52,923 nucleotides of DNA from an uncultured Thiogranum sp. (lineage in GTDB: Bacteria > Pseudomonadota > Gammaproteobacteria > DSM-19610). Location of the stretch: assembly GCA_913053655.1 (NCBI GenBank), contig CAJXFW010000001.1, positions 1-52,923 on the forward strand, given 5' to 3'. The translations under genes were made by a program, and so were the position numbers. Positions 19,549-30,591 of this stretch are shown piece after piece. A model generated the notes under the pieces. That model was not told where the DNA came from and did not search any database. It was given only the letters and a program-made list of their open reading frames with translations. Position 1 is the first letter of the stretch. The number at the start of each line of letters is the position of its first letter.

Positions 19549-20316
19549 TTACCCGACGCGTGAACTGTAACGCTTCCTCAAGCCTGAGCCGGCGGTATTG
19601 CAGATCTCCAACGCACACTGTTCGTTGTTGATGATAAATGTCGCGTTCAGTTGTTCGATACCTTTGCTCTCTACACACTGGTCCACTTCGGTCAGTACGC
19701 GTTGCAGAGCGAGCCCGATTTCCCGGCAACGGGAGGGTTTAAGGCCTAACAGACGCCAGCTGTCCTGTGCATGCTCCTTGCCACGCTCACCCAGATCATG
19801 GAAGTGCTGTACCAGCTGTTCATCCAGTTCGTCTTCGTCAAACTGCACTTGCAGCGCCTGGATGATCCCTTGTCCGTCGGCGTACTTGTCCAGCGGCACA
19901 TTTGCGAGCAATTTCTGAGGCAGAAAGGTGGATAACAATTCGTGATTCACATGCCCGTAAATCAAATCTTCGCGCACCATTTGCAGGTAGTCGCGACAAA
20001 TATCGCTACCGGTTCTTTTGCCAAGCTGGACAAGCGCCATCGCTTCGGCACGGTGACCGCTGATTTCAAAACCTGACAGGAGGTGATCGAGTAAATCGTG
20101 GATTAATACGGAAGTGGGAATCCGGCCACCGGTTTCGCGGGTACTGGCAATAATGGCCGGATCTGTACTCGCCACGTCGAGCTTCCAGCCGCGAGCGCCA
20201 AATCCATCCTCCCAGATTTTTTGATAACTGACCGGTACGCAGACACCCGCCAGGCTCAGGCTGAGGTAGGCCGGAGGGTAGGCGTGCACATCGCGGAAAC
20301 CGAGTGAAGTCTGCAT
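19549..20316 (-). CDS. Hypothetical protein with possible metal-binding HDxxDH...HRAE motif
   Basis: Long ORF ending 2 nt before the TetR ATG; start placed downstream of the 20343 hairpin (uncertain). Confidence 0.7.
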   Translation of the reverse strand: MQTSLGFRDVHAYPPAYLSLSLAGVCVPVSYQKIWEDGFGARGWKLDVASTDPAIIASTRETGGRIPTSVLIHDLLDHLLSGFEISGHRAEAMALVQLGKRTGSDICRDYLQMVREDLIYGHVNHELLSTFLPQKLLANVPLDKYADGQGIIQALQVQFDEDELDEQLVQHFHDLGERGKEHAQDSWRLLGLKPSRCREIGLALQRVLTEVDQCVESKGIEQLNATFIINNEQCALEICNTAGSGLRKRYSSRVG

Positions 20317-20342
20317 GACATGTACTACTTTGTGCAGGCTAC

Positions 20343-20372
20343 CGGATCCCCCTCGTCCGGGAGGGGAATCCG
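20343..20372. terminator. Hairpin downstream of tusA
   Basis: CGGATCCCCCTC-GTCCGG-GAGGGGAATCCG; no clear U-tract. Confidence 0.4.
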
Positions 20373-20380
20373 ATTGCGAC

Positions 20381-20611
20381 CTATGACTTGCGGATATTGA
20401 ACTGGTACTCCCCACCTTCCTGCGTCGTTGCCAGCAATTCGTTGCCGGTCTGTTGACAGAAGGCTTCGAAGTCCTTAACCGAACCCGGATCAGTGGCGGT
20501 AATACGCAACACCTGGCCGACAGTCATCGAATTTATGCTTTTCTTAGCCCGCAGAATGGGTAATGGGCAGTTCAGACCACGTGCATCAAGTTCCATATCA
20601 AAATCAGACAT
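20381..20611 (-). CDS. tusA: Sulfur carrier TusA/SirA
   Basis: LDARGLNCPLP, TDPGSVKDF; strong AAGGAG Shine-Dalgarno. Confidence 0.95.
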   Translation of the reverse strand: MSDFDMELDARGLNCPLPILRAKKSINSMTVGQVLRITATDPGSVKDFEAFCQQTGNELLATTQEGGEYQFNIRKS

Positions 20612-20733
20612 GTTGCATCTCTCCTTTTGTTAGTGAGCGTTTACTTTTTAGTGCATACTGGTTGGTATGTCAAGAAGGCATTTACTCCTTTGATATTAAA
20701 AGATATTTTCAGCGATGGATTATGAACCATCAC

Positions 20734-20798
20734 GTAGGAGCGGTCTCCTGACCGCGACAGCATGCCGGAACCATCGCGCCGAAGGGCGGCGCTCCTAC
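20734..20798. repeat. GTAG REP doublet with two different arms
   Basis: GTAGGAGCGGTCTCCTGACCGCGA ... TCGCGCCGAAGGGCGGCGCTCCTAC. Confidence 0.85.
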
Positions 20799-20856
20799 AG
20801 GTTCGTGTTGGAACGGCCGGGGTGAAGGACGGAAGTCTCTCCCTTTTCATAAATGC

Positions 20857-21714
20857 CTATTTTTCAGCGCTGACCATGCAGATCCAGCCAGCCTCGGCCT
20901 CACCTTTGGTGGCCGGTTCAAAGATGCCATTCGGCTCATCATCCTCGTCCCAGCCCTGCCAGTAAATAGTGACATTGGAAAAACCTGCCTCCAGCAGGAT
21001 TTCCTTGATCTCCGGCAGGCTGTAAAAACGCCATGCATAACTGAAGGCCGCTTTCATTTTCGAACCGTCGTTGAAATTGAAATGAATGAAACATTCCATG
21101 TGGCCGGTAATCGGGTCGTAACTGGCTTGTTCCCAAACATAGGTGAAACCCTTGTGCTTGGTTTTTTCTTCCATTTCCTGGTACGCCTCATAACCCCCGA
21201 AAGCGTCGAGAAACAGTATGCCGTCGTCCACCAGCGCGTCACGCAATGAAGCGAAATATTTGATCAACTCCTTGCGCACTTCAAAGATCTGCCAGCTGAA
21301 ATTCATTGTCAGAATGACATCGACAGGCTCGGTGCTGACCTTGCGTACATCTTCCTGCACCAGTGTTACGCGCACTTTCTGCTCATCATCAAGCGAGGCT
21401 ATATGGTGGTCGCGGCTCCACTCCAGCACTTCCGGGTCAAAGTCTACGCCCACTGCCCTGTTTTCAGGACGTCCACGCACCCATTCACAGCACATCTGCG
21501 CAGTACCGCAAAAATCCTCACGCATCAGTGTCGCCGTACGACCACGAATACGCCTGAAATTATCGTCGACAAACTCGTATTCGAAATCGGTAGACTGCAC
21601 TGACTTTTCATACAGATCGTACTTGTCAACCGTATCCGCCTTGCGGGGTTTCTTTGATTTCTGTTTTTTGCCGGATTTACCGGAAGTTTGGTGTTGGGTT
21701 TTCTTTATGCTCAT
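20857..21714 (-). CDS. Class I SAM-dependent methyltransferase
   Basis: LYEKSVQ, MREDFCGTA, VGVDFD, NFSW, FTYVWEQ; ATG at 21714. Confidence 0.85.
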   Translation of the reverse strand: MSIKKTQHQTSGKSGKKQKSKKPRKADTVDKYDLYEKSVQSTDFEYEFVDDNFRRIRGRTATLMREDFCGTAQMCCEWVRGRPENRAVGVDFDPEVLEWSRDHHIASLDDEQKVRVTLVQEDVRKVSTEPVDVILTMNFSWQIFEVRKELIKYFASLRDALVDDGILFLDAFGGYEAYQEMEEKTKHKGFTYVWEQASYDPITGHMECFIHFNFNDGSKMKAAFSYAWRFYSLPEIKEILLEAGFSNVTIYWQGWDEDDEPNGIFEPATKGEAEAGWICMVSAEK

Positions 21715-21778
21715 ACCAGCCCTTTGTGCCACAATAGTGATCAGGCACGCGATCATACCAACTAGAATCTTTCATTCA

Positions 21779-22579
21779 ATGTTTCCTGAAACACTGCAAA
21801 ACCTGACCCGGATTATACGCGACATTGCAGATCGTGAACTACCGCCGCGTTTCAGCTGCCACTCAGGATCGCGCAAGCAGGATGGCAGCCTGGTTACTGA
21901 AGCTGATATCGTCATGCAGGCGGCCCTGGTCGAGGCACTGCAGGAGCACTGGCCGGATACTGATGTGCTGGGTGAAGAGATGGAAGAAGCCGCGCAGCAG
22001 CAGGCCCTGCAGCAGGCAGGATCAGGCGTCTGGTGCATCGACCCGCTGGATGGCACCAGTAATTTCGCGGTCGGCGTACCCTACTACTCCGTCTCTGTCG
22101 CACTCTTGCGGAATAATGCCGTCGAAATGGGCGTGGTCTATGACCCCAGCCGCAAGGAATGCTTTGCCGCCGCCAGGGGAGGCGGCGCCTGGCTGAATGA
22201 GCAACCACTACATCTACAACATCTATCCACACCCCTGTCGCAGGGTATGGCGCTTATCGACCTGAAACGCCTGACCGCTGACCTGGCCAGTCGCCTGGCG
22301 GCACAACCGCCCTACAGCTCGCAGCGCAGCTTTGGCTCTGTGGCGCTGGACTGGTGCTGGCTGGCGGCGGGACGCTGCCATGTGTATTTACACGGCAGGC
22401 AAAAGCTCTGGGATTATGCAGCGGGTTGTCTGGTTCTGGCCGAGGCCGGTGGCAGCGCTGTGACGCTGGAGGGTGAACCTGTCTTCAAAGCGACACTGGA
22501 ACCACGTTCAGCAGCGGCGGCACTCGACCCGGAGATCTTTGCTCAATGGAAAACCTGGCTGGAAATAGCACAGCGCTGA
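21779..22579 (+). CDS. Inositol monophosphatase family protein
   Basis: VTEAD, GEE, WCIDPLDGTSNF, KLWDYAAG; the upstream part of the ORF-track ORF is antisense shadow. Confidence 0.92.
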   Translation: MFPETLQNLTRIIRDIADRELPPRFSCHSGSRKQDGSLVTEADIVMQAALVEALQEHWPDTDVLGEEMEEAAQQQALQQAGSGVWCIDPLDGTSNFAVGVPYYSVSVALLRNNAVEMGVVYDPSRKECFAAARGGGAWLNEQPLHLQHLSTPLSQGMALIDLKRLTADLASRLAAQPPYSSQRSFGSVALDWCWLAAGRCHVYLHGRQKLWDYAAGCLVLAEAGGSAVTLEGEPVFKATLEPRSAAAALDPEIFAQWKTWLEIAQR

Positions 22580-24100
22580 TCACCCGCCACTGAGGTAAGC
22601 AAGCGCCAGATTACCCTGTTGGGCAAAGTGCTTGAAACTGGAAAAGCTGTCTTTATCGAGCGGCCGGCAACTGGGCTGCCGATCTGCGTAGAAAATACCA
22701 ATCACCTTGCCGTGAATCTCGATCGGTGTGATGAAGAACCCGACGCCCTGGGTCAGTTCCTGTATCTGCGGCGTGACCAGTTGTTCGATTTCCGGATTGT
22801 CACCCGCACCCACCCACACAGCCTGTTTCGACTCGATCACCCGACTGAACAGGTTAGTCTTGCCCTCTACGGTCTCAAACTGGAACTTGCTGCGTAACTG
22901 TTCATTACCCGCGCCTAACGCATAACGCCCGACCAGTAGCTGGTGATCCGGTGTACGCAGAGCAAACAGCGTGCGATCCATACCCACACCCCGATACATG
23001 CCTTCCAGTACCATTTCAAGCACACTGTTGAAATCCGGCCTGCTCTCCATCAGCTCGGACAACTCTCGCAGGATACCGAGCTGTAGCGTGGGATCGGGCT
23101 CCGGAAACTCTGTCACCTCAACCGCGGCCCCGCTATCCGTTGCCCGTGCGCCTTTTTTCTCTCCAGGAACCGGAATCAGATCGCTGGCCTTGTCAGCGCC
23201 ATAAAATGCCGCTGTGTTTGCAGCTTCCTCAGCATTCGCTTTTACCAGCTTCTCGACGTCTTCCACCGGCAGGTATAGATTCTCGGCAACACGTTCCACC
23301 AACCGGCTGACGGCCGGAGCATCCCAGCCTTTTTCAGCGGCCATTGCCAGGTCGTAACCAAGCGAGACATTGCCGGCACGCGGGTTCTTGTCACTCTTGC
23401 CTTCCAGCGACTGGTCCAGCAGCCGGCCCAGTTTCCACTCCTTGCTCAAACCCAGGGTCAGATCCCGAAACCGGAAACCCAGCACATCACTTTGCAGTTT
23501 CTCCGCCCGTTCGTCGGGCCTTTGCTGAATAGCGCTGTCCATTTTCTGTGCCGCCTCTCCGGCAAATGCCCAGAATGCCATATCGCCCAGGTGAAACAGC
23601 AAAGTCGCAATGAAAACTTCCTCTGGCGAGGTATCCTTGCGCTTCCTGGCAAAGGAACGCGCCTGTACAGCGGCATGAAAGGAGCGCGCCATTTCCTCAA
23701 CGACATGCTGCTTCTGTTTTCCCTTGAGTATGGATTCCACAACTGCGATCGACAGGCAGATGCCACGCACCTCCTGGAAGCCGAGCACAACCACAGCCCG
23801 ACTGACGGTACTGATACTTATCCCCATAGGATTGAATATCGGGCTGTTGGCAACGCGCAGCAACTTCGCCGTCATGGCCGCGTCTTGCAATACGACCCGT
23901 GAAAGTTCGGCGGCACCGCTATTACTGCTGTCCGAAACCAGCGAAATATCGCGCGCAGTATGAGCAAATACCGGCATCCCGGATTCGCCCAGCTTCTGTA
24001 CCCAGCCGGACAACCCTGTCGGATCCGCCTTGCGGCGCCGAGGCTCGGTCTCGCCTGCAGTGTCGGTGCTTATGGTTTCGTCCATACCCATACTTGGCAA
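22580..24100 (-). CDS. HDOD + GAF domain signalling protein
   Basis: QDAAMTAKLLRVANS, SRAVVVLG, ATLLFHLG; C-terminal GAF (VIGIFYAD). Confidence 0.88.
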   Translation of the reverse strand: MPSMGMDETISTDTAGETEPRRRKADPTGLSGWVQKLGESGMPVFAHTARDISLVSDSSNSGAAELSRVVLQDAAMTAKLLRVANSPIFNPMGISISTVSRAVVVLGFQEVRGICLSIAVVESILKGKQKQHVVEEMARSFHAAVQARSFARKRKDTSPEEVFIATLLFHLGDMAFWAFAGEAAQKMDSAIQQRPDERAEKLQSDVLGFRFRDLTLGLSKEWKLGRLLDQSLEGKSDKNPRAGNVSLGYDLAMAAEKGWDAPAVSRLVERVAENLYLPVEDVEKLVKANAEEAANTAAFYGADKASDLIPVPGEKKGARATDSGAAVEVTEFPEPDPTLQLGILRELSELMESRPDFNSVLEMVLEGMYRGVGMDRTLFALRTPDHQLLVGRYALGAGNEQLRSKFQFETVEGKTNLFSRVIESKQAVWVGAGDNPEIEQLVTPQIQELTQGVGFFITPIEIHGKVIGIFYADRQPSCRPLDKDSFSSFKHFAQQGNLALAYLSGG

Positions 24101-24120
24101 ATCATGTTTCTACCCGTAGG

Positions 24121-24147
24121 CTGTCGGCAGCTGTTCGATCAAGTATA
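24121..24147 (-). promoter_or_regulatory. Possible sigma-28 (FliA) promoter of the HDOD gene
   Basis: Minus strand TATACTTG-N11-GCCGACAG versus TAAAGTTT-N11-GCCGATAA. Confidence 0.4.
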
Positions 24148-24198
24148 GGACATTCGTGCGGATATACGCACATCCGGTAACACAGGCCGAGCCATTTT

Positions 24199-24792
24199 AT
24201 GAAACCCTGCTCCGAGTCGTGCGATCAGAACCGCCAATACATTCTGGACGTACTTCGTATTGAGCTGGCGGGCAGAAAACACCTGCTGGAGGTCGGTAGC
24301 GGTACGGGCCAGCACGCAGTCTATTTTGCGGCGGAATTCCCACAGCTGATTTGGCAAACCAGTGATATCGTTGCCTGCCATGAGGGCATCAATGCCTGGC
24401 TGAAAGACAGCCGTGTGGACAATGTGCTACCACCGCTGGCGCTCGATGTCTGCCAGGACCCCTGGCCCGACGGGTCCTGCGATGCCGTATTCAGCGCCAA
24501 CACGGTTCACATCATGTCCTGGCCGGAAGTAGCATGTTTATTTACCGGTATTGGCGCGACACTGGATACCGGCGGCGTGTTCTGCCTGTACGGCCCGTTT
24601 AATTACAACGGCTGTTACACCAGCGACAGCAATGAGCGCTTTGACCAGTGGCTGAAGGCACGTGATCCGCTGAGCGGGGTTCGGGATTTCGAGGCTTTGC
24701 AGGAACAGGCCGGGGAAGCGGGCCTGGTGTTACGGGAAGACTACGAAATGCCGGCCAACAACCGGATGCTGGTCTGGTCGAAACACAGCTGA
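24199..24792 (+). CDS. DUF938 SAM-dependent methyltransferase
   Basis: LEVGSGTGQH, WQTSD, LYGPF, MPANN. Confidence 0.92.
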   Translation: MKPCSESCDQNRQYILDVLRIELAGRKHLLEVGSGTGQHAVYFAAEFPQLIWQTSDIVACHEGINAWLKDSRVDNVLPPLALDVCQDPWPDGSCDAVFSANTVHIMSWPEVACLFTGIGATLDTGGVFCLYGPFNYNGCYTSDSNERFDQWLKARDPLSGVRDFEALQEQAGEAGLVLREDYEMPANNRMLVWSKHS

Positions 24793-24815
24793 TCCGGGTG
24801 TGGCCGGTTTAACCA

Positions 24816-24971
24816 CTAGTCGAAATGCCCTTTCAGCCAGGGCTTGAGCATCAGTGCGACACCCAAAGCCACCAGATAGTCCATCGACATGCCTGTGGAG
24901 GCCAGTGATTCCAGTGAAGGAAACTCGAAGACTGCCAGGCCTGCTAACAGAATTAATAGATACTGAAACAT
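24816..24971 (-). CDS. Small (51 aa) two-helix membrane protein
   Basis: MFQYLLILLAGLAVF...LVALGVALMLKPW; AGGAG/AAGGA Shine-Dalgarno upstream. Confidence 0.65.
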   Translation of the reverse strand: MFQYLLILLAGLAVFEFPSLESLASTGMSMDYLVALGVALMLKPWLKGHFD

Positions 24972-25099
24972 CTTCCTTACTCCTGATCCGTTGGTTACAA
25001 CGCTATTTGACGTTTGCAGTATGCAGGTAGCAGGGCAAGGTTTCTGTGATCGGCTTACCGTCAGTTCCTGACCCGGTTCACAAATCTTCAGACTTTTGG

Positions 25100-25561
25100 C
25101 TAATTTAAGGGGAATGCAGGGCGATTGCTTGCCGAATTCTGGCGCTGGATCACGTCCTGTACAGCGGGACGGCTGAGAAAGTCTTTTAACGAAATACCGT
25201 CCAGGAATTCGTAGATTCTTTTTGACAGACCGCACCAGAGTTCGTGGGTCAGGCAGGTATTACCCTCATCACAACCGGCGTCCCCGCCGCAGGTCGAATC
25301 CACTTTTTCATCCACTGCGGCAATAATCTGTGCAATGCTGATCTCATCGGCAGGTTTTGCCAGGCGGTAACCGCCGCCCGGACCACGCACGCCACGCACC
25401 AGGTTTTCCCGGCGCAATTTGGAAAACAGCTGTTCAAGGTAGGACAGTGAAATACTCTGGCAGCGCGAAATTTCGGCCAGCGTTACCGGCCCTTTCGGTT
25501 CATGGATGGCAAGATCCATCATCGCCGTAACGGCGTAACGACCTTTGGTTGAGAGCCTCAT
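25100..25561 (-). CDS. iscR: Rrf2-family Fe-S cluster regulator IscR
   Basis: MRLSTKGRYAVTAMMDLA, ISLSYLEQLF, RGPGGGY, C-x5-C-x5-CLTH ligands. Confidence 0.9.
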   Translation of the reverse strand: MRLSTKGRYAVTAMMDLAIHEPKGPVTLAEISRCQSISLSYLEQLFSKLRRENLVRGVRGPGGGYRLAKPADEISIAQIIAAVDEKVDSTCGGDAGCDEGNTCLTHELWCGLSKRIYEFLDGISLKDFLSRPAVQDVIQRQNSASNRPAFPLN

Positions 25562-25575
25562 GAGTTCAACATATA

Positions 25576-25600
25576 TAAACCAAGTAAATTAGTCAAGTAT
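25576..25600 (-). promoter_or_regulatory. IscR type-1 site (autoregulation)
   Basis: Minus strand ATACTTGACTAATTTACTTGGTTTA, resembling ATASYYGACT-N5-AGTCRRSTAT. Confidence 0.7.
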
Positions 25601-25619
25601 TATCGGGAAAACGGAAAGA

Positions 25620-26138
25620 TCAGGATTCGAAACTGAGCGTCTGTTCGGCTTCTATCGACTGTAGCGCTTCCGAAAGCTGTTCGCGCGCCGGTGAAAAAAT
25701 ATGCCCGGTATGCAGGCAATAGCCCAGCCATTTTTGCAGGAATCGATTCACCTGCCATTTGGTTTGTATAGAATACCGGTGATGAAAGCGGTCATACTCG
25801 GCGTAACGGCGTCCGCGCCGGCGTCCGCGGGAAATAACTTCGGCCAGCTGCGCGTCATGGTACATACGGATAACAACGTCCGGCGCGGGAAAGCTGCCGT
25901 CCTGGTCGGAAAATTGATACGTCAGGTTTAGCGTGGTTGTATATTTGCTGCGCTCGACAATAGCAAGGTACAGATTCAATGCGCCTTCAACGCGGGACAG
26001 GCTGTGTTCCTGTATGGCGTCCAGATCAGGTACCAGCCGGCGTAGCTGGATATAGTTCAGCTCATAGAGTTCCATGAGTGCCGGCAAGTCGCGTGCCCGT
26101 ACCCCTGGATGAACTTTATATTTGCATGAGTAACGCAT
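25620..26138 (-). CDS. DUF1249 (YqiB-like) protein
   Basis: LYELNYIQLRRL, YTTTL, RMYHDAQLAEV, KWQVNRFLQKWLGYC. Confidence 0.9.
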   Translation of the reverse strand: MRYSCKYKVHPGVRARDLPALMELYELNYIQLRRLVPDLDAIQEHSLSRVEGALNLYLAIVERSKYTTTLNLTYQFSDQDGSFPAPDVVIRMYHDAQLAEVISRGRRRGRRYAEYDRFHHRYSIQTKWQVNRFLQKWLGYCLHTGHIFSPAREQLSEALQSIEAEQTLSFES

Positions 26139-26258
26139 AGGCCGATCTTAACATAGTAAAATGACGCTTCCTTCAAGAAGTTGCCAGTGTTTGTTTAGGG
26201 ACTCTATCGGCTGTAATAAATGAACCTTGACGCTTGACAAATCGTAATTTAGAACTAA

Positions 26259-27914
<1,656 letters not shown>

Positions 27915-27929
27915 CCGTGCCCGACTAAA

Positions 27930-29381
27930 ATGACAACCCGTAGCGAGTTTCTCGCAGGACTCGACTTGCCGGCCCACTGCATATTGAGCGAAGAGTCCGA
28001 ACTGCGACCCTACGAATGTGACGGCCTGTCCGCCTACCGCCGTTTGCCGTGGCTGGTGCTTATACCGGACACTGTTGATCAGGTGCAGGCGATCCTGGCT
28101 TGCTGCCACAGGCTTAAGGTCCCGGTTGTTGCACGCGGCGCCGGCACCGGTTTGTCGGGTGGCGCGCTGCCACTGGGCAACGGCGTTTTACTCAGCCTTG
28201 CCAGATTCACCGAAATACTGGAGATCGATACCGGCAACCGCCTGGCGCGCGTGCAACCCGGTGTGCGCAATCTGGCCATTTCCGAGGCAGTCGCCGGTCG
28301 TGGCCTGTACTACGCGCCCGACCCTTCCTCCCAGATCGCCTGCTCGATCGGCGGCAACGTCGCCGAAAATGCCGGTGGTGTGCACTGTCTGAAATATGGC
28401 CTGACAGTACACAACATCGCCGCACTCAAAATCGTCAGCATGGACGGGGAACTGCTGACCATAGGTGGTCATGCGCTGGACAGCGCCGGCTACGACCTGC
28501 TTGCGCTGCTCACCGGATCGGAGGGTATGCTGGGTGTTATTGTCGAAGTCAGCGTACGCCTGTTGCCGTTACCGGACTATGCACAAGTGCTGCTTGCGGC
28601 ATTCGATTCGGCAGAGACGGCCGGCAACGCCGTTGCCGCGATTATTTCAGCCGGCATCCTGCCAGCGGGCCTGGAAATGATGGATACGCTGGCGATACGC
28701 GCCGCCGAGGATTTCGTGCACGCCGGCTACCCGACCGATGTCGCTGCGATACTGCTGTGTGAACTCGACGGCACCCGTGCCGAGGTCAAGGCACAGTTGG
28801 ACAAGGTGTGCACCTTGTTAACAGCTGCAGGTGCCGGCGAAGTGCGTGTGGCACGCGATGAACAGGAACGACAAAAATTCTGGGCGGGGCGCAAGGCCTC
28901 GTTCCCTGCCGTCGGCCGCCTGTCACCCGACTATTACTGTATGGACGGCACCATCCCCCGCAAACACCTGGGCAAGGTACTGTCCACTATCAGCGACTGG
29001 TCAACGGAATACGGACTGCCCGTTGCCAACGTATTCCACGCCGGCGACGGCAACCTGCATCCACTGATTCTGTACGACGCCAACAAGCCGGGGGAACTCG
29101 AACGCACCGAGGCGTTTGGCAACCGCATTCTGGAACTGTGCATTTCCGTGGGCGGCACTATCACGGGTGAACACGGTGTCGGTATGGAAAAAATCAATCA
29201 GATGTGTGTGCAGTTCAGTGAAGCCGAACTACGGCAGTTCCATGCCGTTAAAAAAGCGTTCGACCCGGACGGTTTGCTGAATCCGGGCAAGGCCATCCCG
29301 ACGCTGGCACGCTGTGCCGAATTTGGCCGCATGCATGTACATCATGGCGAATTGCCGTTTCCGGACCTGGAACGCTTTTAG
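27930..29381 (+). CDS. glcD: Glycolate oxidase subunit GlcD
   Basis: RGAGTGLSGG, PDPSSQ, GGVHCLKYG, HAGDGNLHP, GEHGVG. Confidence 0.95.
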   Translation: MTTRSEFLAGLDLPAHCILSEESELRPYECDGLSAYRRLPWLVLIPDTVDQVQAILACCHRLKVPVVARGAGTGLSGGALPLGNGVLLSLARFTEILEIDTGNRLARVQPGVRNLAISEAVAGRGLYYAPDPSSQIACSIGGNVAENAGGVHCLKYGLTVHNIAALKIVSMDGELLTIGGHALDSAGYDLLALLTGSEGMLGVIVEVSVRLLPLPDYAQVLLAAFDSAETAGNAVAAIISAGILPAGLEMMDTLAIRAAEDFVHAGYPTDVAAILLCELDGTRAEVKAQLDKVCTLLTAAGAGEVRVARDEQERQKFWAGRKASFPAVGRLSPDYYCMDGTIPRKHLGKVLSTISDWSTEYGLPVANVFHAGDGNLHPLILYDANKPGELERTEAFGNRILELCISVGGTITGEHGVGMEKINQMCVQFSEAELRQFHAVKKAFDPDGLLNPGKAIPTLARCAEFGRMHVHHGELPFPDLERF

Positions 29382-29383
29382 CG

Positions 29384-30448
29384 ATGCCGGAAGGAGACCA
29401 GACGGATGCGTTGTGCGAACAGGTAACAGCTGCTGCCGCAACACGCACACCATTGTGTATCCGCGGCAGCGGCAGCAAGACCTTTTATGGCCGCCCGGTC
29501 GAAGGTGAAATCCTGGACACGCGCGCACATTGTGGCGTACTTGAATACGAACCTTCCGAACTGGTCATTCGCGCACGCACCGGAACAGCGCTGGCCGAGG
29601 TCGAGAATTTACTCGACCAACAGCATCAGATGCTGCCCTTTGAACCCCCGCACTTTTCTTCGAACAGCACATTGGGCGGCGCAGTCGCCACCGGCCTGTC
29701 CGGACCCCGGCGCCCCTTCAGCGGCGCCGCACGGGATGCCGTGCTGGGGGTCGGGCTGATAAACGGCAAAGGTGAGTCGCTGAATTTCGGTGGCCAGGTC
29801 ATAAAAAATGTCGCCGGTTACGACCTGTCACGTCTTATGGCAGGTGCGCTGGGAACACTGGGACTGCTAACCGACGTTTCGCTCAAGGTTCTTCCCAAAC
29901 CGGAAGCGGAATACACCCTGAAACAAGTCTGCACACAACGGGAAGCCCTGCTCAGATTTTCAGAATGGATGGCAAAGCCCATGCCACTATCCGCCGCCTG
30001 CTGGTATGAAGATCACCTCTACCTGCGATTGTCCGGAACCGAGGCCGGCATCCGGCATGCACAACATCAGCTCGGCAATACGATGCTGGAGCAGGCCGCG
30101 TCCTGGTGGACAGAACTACGCGATCACGAACACCCCTTCTTTCAACGTGAGGAATACCTGTGGCGACTGTCCGTACCACCGGCCACACCACCCCTGGCTA
30201 TTGCGGGAGACTGGCTGGTCGACTGGGCGGGTGGTCAGCGCTGGCTTTATAGCAACGAGAGCGTGGAAACCATTCGGCAACTGACGGCCAGCGTTGGCGG
30301 GCACGCCACCCTGTTCAGGACTACCATCCGCAGCGAAGATATTTTCCACCCGTTATCCCCGCTCCTGCTCAAACTGCAACAGCGCCTGAAACAGGCCTTC
30401 GACCCCGAAGGCATCCTGAACCCGGGCCGCTTGTATCAAGATCTTTAG
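29384..30448 (+). CDS. glcE: Glycolate oxidase FAD subunit GlcE
   Basis: YEPSELV, LPFEPP, GGQVIKNVAGYD, FDPEGILNPGR. Confidence 0.95.
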   Translation: MPEGDQTDALCEQVTAAAATRTPLCIRGSGSKTFYGRPVEGEILDTRAHCGVLEYEPSELVIRARTGTALAEVENLLDQQHQMLPFEPPHFSSNSTLGGAVATGLSGPRRPFSGAARDAVLGVGLINGKGESLNFGGQVIKNVAGYDLSRLMAGALGTLGLLTDVSLKVLPKPEAEYTLKQVCTQREALLRFSEWMAKPMPLSAACWYEDHLYLRLSGTEAGIRHAQHQLGNTMLEQAASWWTELRDHEHPFFQREEYLWRLSVPPATPPLAIAGDWLVDWAGGQRWLYSNESVETIRQLTASVGGHATLFRTTIRSEDIFHPLSPLLLKLQQRLKQAFDPEGILNPGRLYQDL

Positions 30449-30461
30449 GCACCAACAGACC

Positions 30462-30563
30462 GTAGGAGCGGGCTGAAGGTGAGGCGCTTGCGCCGAGAGG
30501 CTGCCCTGGGGCGAGCCCGCTCCTACGGGGAAATTCCTTGTTATTTCATACAGAATTTCAATG
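30462..30563. repeat. GTAG REP doublet (30462-30526) plus AT-rich arm
   Basis: GTAGGAGCGGGCT...AGCCCGCTCCTAC; the following arm resembles the reverse complement of 32683-32720. Confidence 0.8.
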
Positions 30564-30591
30564 CCATCTTCGTGCACTATAGAATCCAGAC

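Noticed and set aside
21218-21778. N-terminal extension making the IMPase 453 aa
   Set aside because: Ser-rich antisense translation of the methyltransferase gene; the IMPase fold begins at ATG 21779.
26227-26240. FNR-like box TTGACGCTTGACAA upstream of pgm
   Set aside because: Mismatched half-site; equally explained as -35 hexamers.
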